Positions 62,737 through 64,000 of a stretch of 64,000 nt of DNA are shown here, one piece after another. Source of the stretch: Brevibacterium luteolum (GTDB lineage: Bacteria; Actinomycetota; Actinomycetes; Actinomycetales; Brevibacteriaceae); the NCBI RefSeq assembly GCF_013004595.1, contig NZ_JABEMC010000011.1:1-64000 (forward strand). Reading direction: 5' to 3'. The translations under genes were made by a program, and so were the position numbers. Under the pieces are notes generated by a model that saw only the letters and a list, made by a program, of their open reading frames with translations, searched no databases and was not told the DNA's origin. The number at the start of each line of letters is the position of its first letter. Position 1 is the stretch's first letter.

Positions 62737-63972
62737 TCACTTGTGGCCGTACTCCAGGTTGTAGTAGTCCAGTGCGTCGGGCACCGGCTGGAAGTACGAG
62801 GATCCGTCGACGTAGCCGCCGTTGAAGCCGCAGTCCTGTCCGGCAGGTCCACCGGAGGTCATGCCCACGGCCTGGTTGCCGGCGGTGTAGGCACCACCGG
62901 AGTCACCGGCAGCGGTGCACACGGTCGACTCGCCGAGTCCGGAGACCTGGGCGACGTCGCGGCCCTGCGAATCGGAGTAGTTCACCGTGGCGTTGTAGCC
63001 GGTGATCTCACCGCAGGTGACACCGGAGGTCGCACCGGTGCGGCACAGCTCGGTGCCGATCGGGGCCTGCCAGGCGCCTTCCTCGGCATTCGTGATGCCG
63101 TGGTTCGAGCCGTAGGTGTTGGCCTCGGTGCTGACCTCGTTGCCGTCGCCCAGCACAACGTATCCGATGTCGCGGTCCGGCTGGCCGTCGTAGGACTTGA
63201 AGGCGGTCTCACCGTGGGAGCCGAAGTCCTGGCCCTCAACCGTGAAGCTGTCCTGGTCCTCGATGCAGTGACCGGCCCACACCATCACGTGGTTGCCCTC
63301 ACCGTCGGTGGCCGGGAAGCCGGCCGAACAGTAGCCGCCGCCCAGGCCGATCTTGTCGCCGCCCTTGGCAGTGGCGTGCAGTTCGTTGCGCTCACCCTTC
63401 TGGACCTTGACGGCGTTACCGTACTCGGCAGCCTTGTCGAGCACGGCGGTGTCGGCCTTGGTGTCGGTGACAGTGACGACGACGGCGTCGTCAGCGATGT
63501 GCGGGGCGACGGAGACGACACCGGCGTCATCGGCGGCGAGCTTCGAGAGCGCATCGGCGATTTCATTGAGCCTGCTCTCGCCGTTGGTGGCGTCGCGGAC
63601 CTCGAAGCCGGCGGCTTCAGCGGCCTTGGCGGCCTGCGAACCGGCCGGGGCCTGGAGGACGAGCTTGTTCTCGTCGTTGAAGAACGCGCCGTCGTAGGTG
63701 TTGCCGGCCTGCACGAGGTCGTAGTAATCGTTGTTCTGCGTGAACTGCGCCTGCAGGTGGTCCTTCTGGGCTGCGACCGTGCGGCCCGAGGACTCGGCCA
63801 TGATCTTCAGCTCCTTATCGCTGAAGTTGGCCTCGCCCTTCTTGACCTCCGGGGACTTCTGGATGGCCGTGTCGGCCGCCCCGCCCGGTGCTGCGAGAGC
63901 CGGCATCGCCGCTCCCATTCCTGCAAAGGCCAGCGAGCCGACGAGGGCCGCGTGGACGAACGTGCGTTTCAC
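62737..63972 (-). CDS. Secreted S1 serine protease (alpha-lytic/streptogrisin-like) with pro-region
   Basis: Signal peptide, CSAGF, AGHC, RDIG, CRTGATSG.TCG, GDSGG, YFQP; SD AAGGAG with GTG start. Confidence 0.93.
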   Translation of the reverse strand: MKRTFVHAALVGSLAFAGMGAAMPALAAPGGAADTAIQKSPEVKKGEANFSDKELKIMAESSGRTVAAQKDHLQAQFTQNNDYYDLVQAGNTYDGAFFNDENKLVLQAPAGSQAAKAAEAAGFEVRDATNGESRLNEIADALSKLAADDAGVVSVAPHIADDAVVVTVTDTKADTAVLDKAAEYGNAVKVQKGERNELHATAKGGDKIGLGGGYCSAGFPATDGEGNHVMVWAGHCIEDQDSFTVEGQDFGSHGETAFKSYDGQPDRDIGYVVLGDGNEVSTEANTYGSNHGITNAEEGAWQAPIGTELCRTGATSGVTCGEITGYNATVNYSDSQGRDVAQVSGLGESTVCTAAGDSGGAYTAGNQAVGMTSGGPAGQDCGFNGGYVDGSSYFQPVPDALDYYNLEYGHK

Positions 63973-64000
63973 GAGTTTTCTCCTTGTGAGAGTCGTTCAG

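Overview
64 kb of high-GC actinobacterial chromosome. Gene content and leaderless TANNNT promoters suggest a Micrococcales such as Brevibacterium, but this is inference. About 55 intact CDS. The left ~14 kb is accessory and partly decayed: nested IS3-family elements, two nonsense-interrupted genes, an orphan PD-(D/E)xK-like nuclease, divergent ku/ligD followed by DUF429, a lower-GC lipoprotein + PKD-protein pair, VOC remnants, a DUF853 ATPase and a FitAB/VapBC toxin-antitoxin pair. At 15.3-19.5 kb is an uncharacterised GT2 / acyl-CoA-dehydrogenase-fold / PIG-L-NodS-fusion operon divergent from a WcbI-like gene, the best candidate for an undescribed pathway. The rest is mostly housekeeping, stress and transport: VWA-LPXTG surface protein, sulfurtransferase-SufE, PiT transporter with a structured leader that may be a switch, peroxiredoxins, UdgB, butanediol dehydrogenase, POT and DASS transporters, monomeric icd, tdk, guanidine-III riboswitch + SMR pair, an Opp/Dpp ABC operon and a secreted S1 protease. 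No rRNA, tRNA or CRISPR array was seen. All product calls come from motif recognition by eye, with no database search.
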